Positions 16,121 to 16,248 of a stretch of 16,248 nucleotides of DNA are shown here, piece after piece. Positions within the stretch are counted from its first letter, which is position 1, and each line of letters begins with the position of its first letter. Source of the DNA: Candidatus Caldarchaeum sp. (GTDB taxonomy: Archaea; Thermoproteota; Nitrososphaeria_A; Caldarchaeales; Caldarchaeaceae); assembly GCA_038844785.1 (NCBI GenBank), contig JAWBRA010000032.1, forward strand, positions 1 through 16,248, given 5' to 3'. The notes beneath the pieces were generated by a model, which had not been told where the DNA came from, ran no database searches, and worked only from the letters and a program-made list of their open reading frames with translations. The position numbers and the translations under genes were made by a program.

Positions 16121-16246
16121 TCAGATTCTCCTTAGCAGTTGTTCTTCGTCCCTTGCTCTGTGGTATGCGTTTTTCAGAACTGCTGCTGTCAGCCTTACAA
16201 GCGCGTGTCGCGCCGGTTTGCTGTAGAATTTATTGACTCCCTTCTT
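16121..16246 (-). CDS. C-terminal fragment of a basic protein entering from the window edge; possibly an IS110-family-like recombinase/transposase
   Basis: Not in the ORF track. The minus frame reads KKGVNKFYSKPARHALVRLTAAVLKNAYHRARDEEQLLRRI*. YSKPARHALVRLTAAV loosely resembles the IS110 C-terminal G(N/S)xxLRxALxxAA helix. Only 41 aa are visible. Confidence 0.45.
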   Translation of the reverse strand, partial: KKGVNKFYSKPARHALVRLTAAVLKNAYHRARDEEQLLRRI

Positions 16247-16248
16247 GC

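Noticed and set aside
16038-16226. 62-aa plus-strand ORF
   Set aside because: It is antisense to the more protein-like minus-strand frame and overlaps the hairpin arm; no recognisable motifs.

Overview
Archaeal genomic window with densely packed genes, TATA/BRE-type promoters and TTG/GTG starts. Gene content is compatible with a thermophilic TACK archaeon such as Aigarchaeota (inference only). From left to right: the 3' end of a guaB-purA-purB purine operon; a frameshifted archaeal AAA-ATPase/wHTH gene preceded by a doubled 14-bp palindrome; a TldE/PmbA gene; a kinase with a probably degenerate N-terminal nucleotidyltransferase-like region, convergent with two tandem pol-beta-type nucleotidyltransferases; a four-gene cell-surface operon (double DUF350-like protein, catalytically degenerate PrsW-like protein, membrane-anchored zinc-ribbon protein, M6-like metalloprotease); a convergent pair of unknown membrane/secreted proteins; and a cupin. 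The most interesting signal is at the right edge. The 3' end of a possible IS110-like recombinase gene is followed by a ~155-180 nt minus-strand structured RNA. Its symmetric 13x13 internal loop matches a DNA site ~130 bp away, making it a candidate archaeal bridge/seek-type guide RNA.
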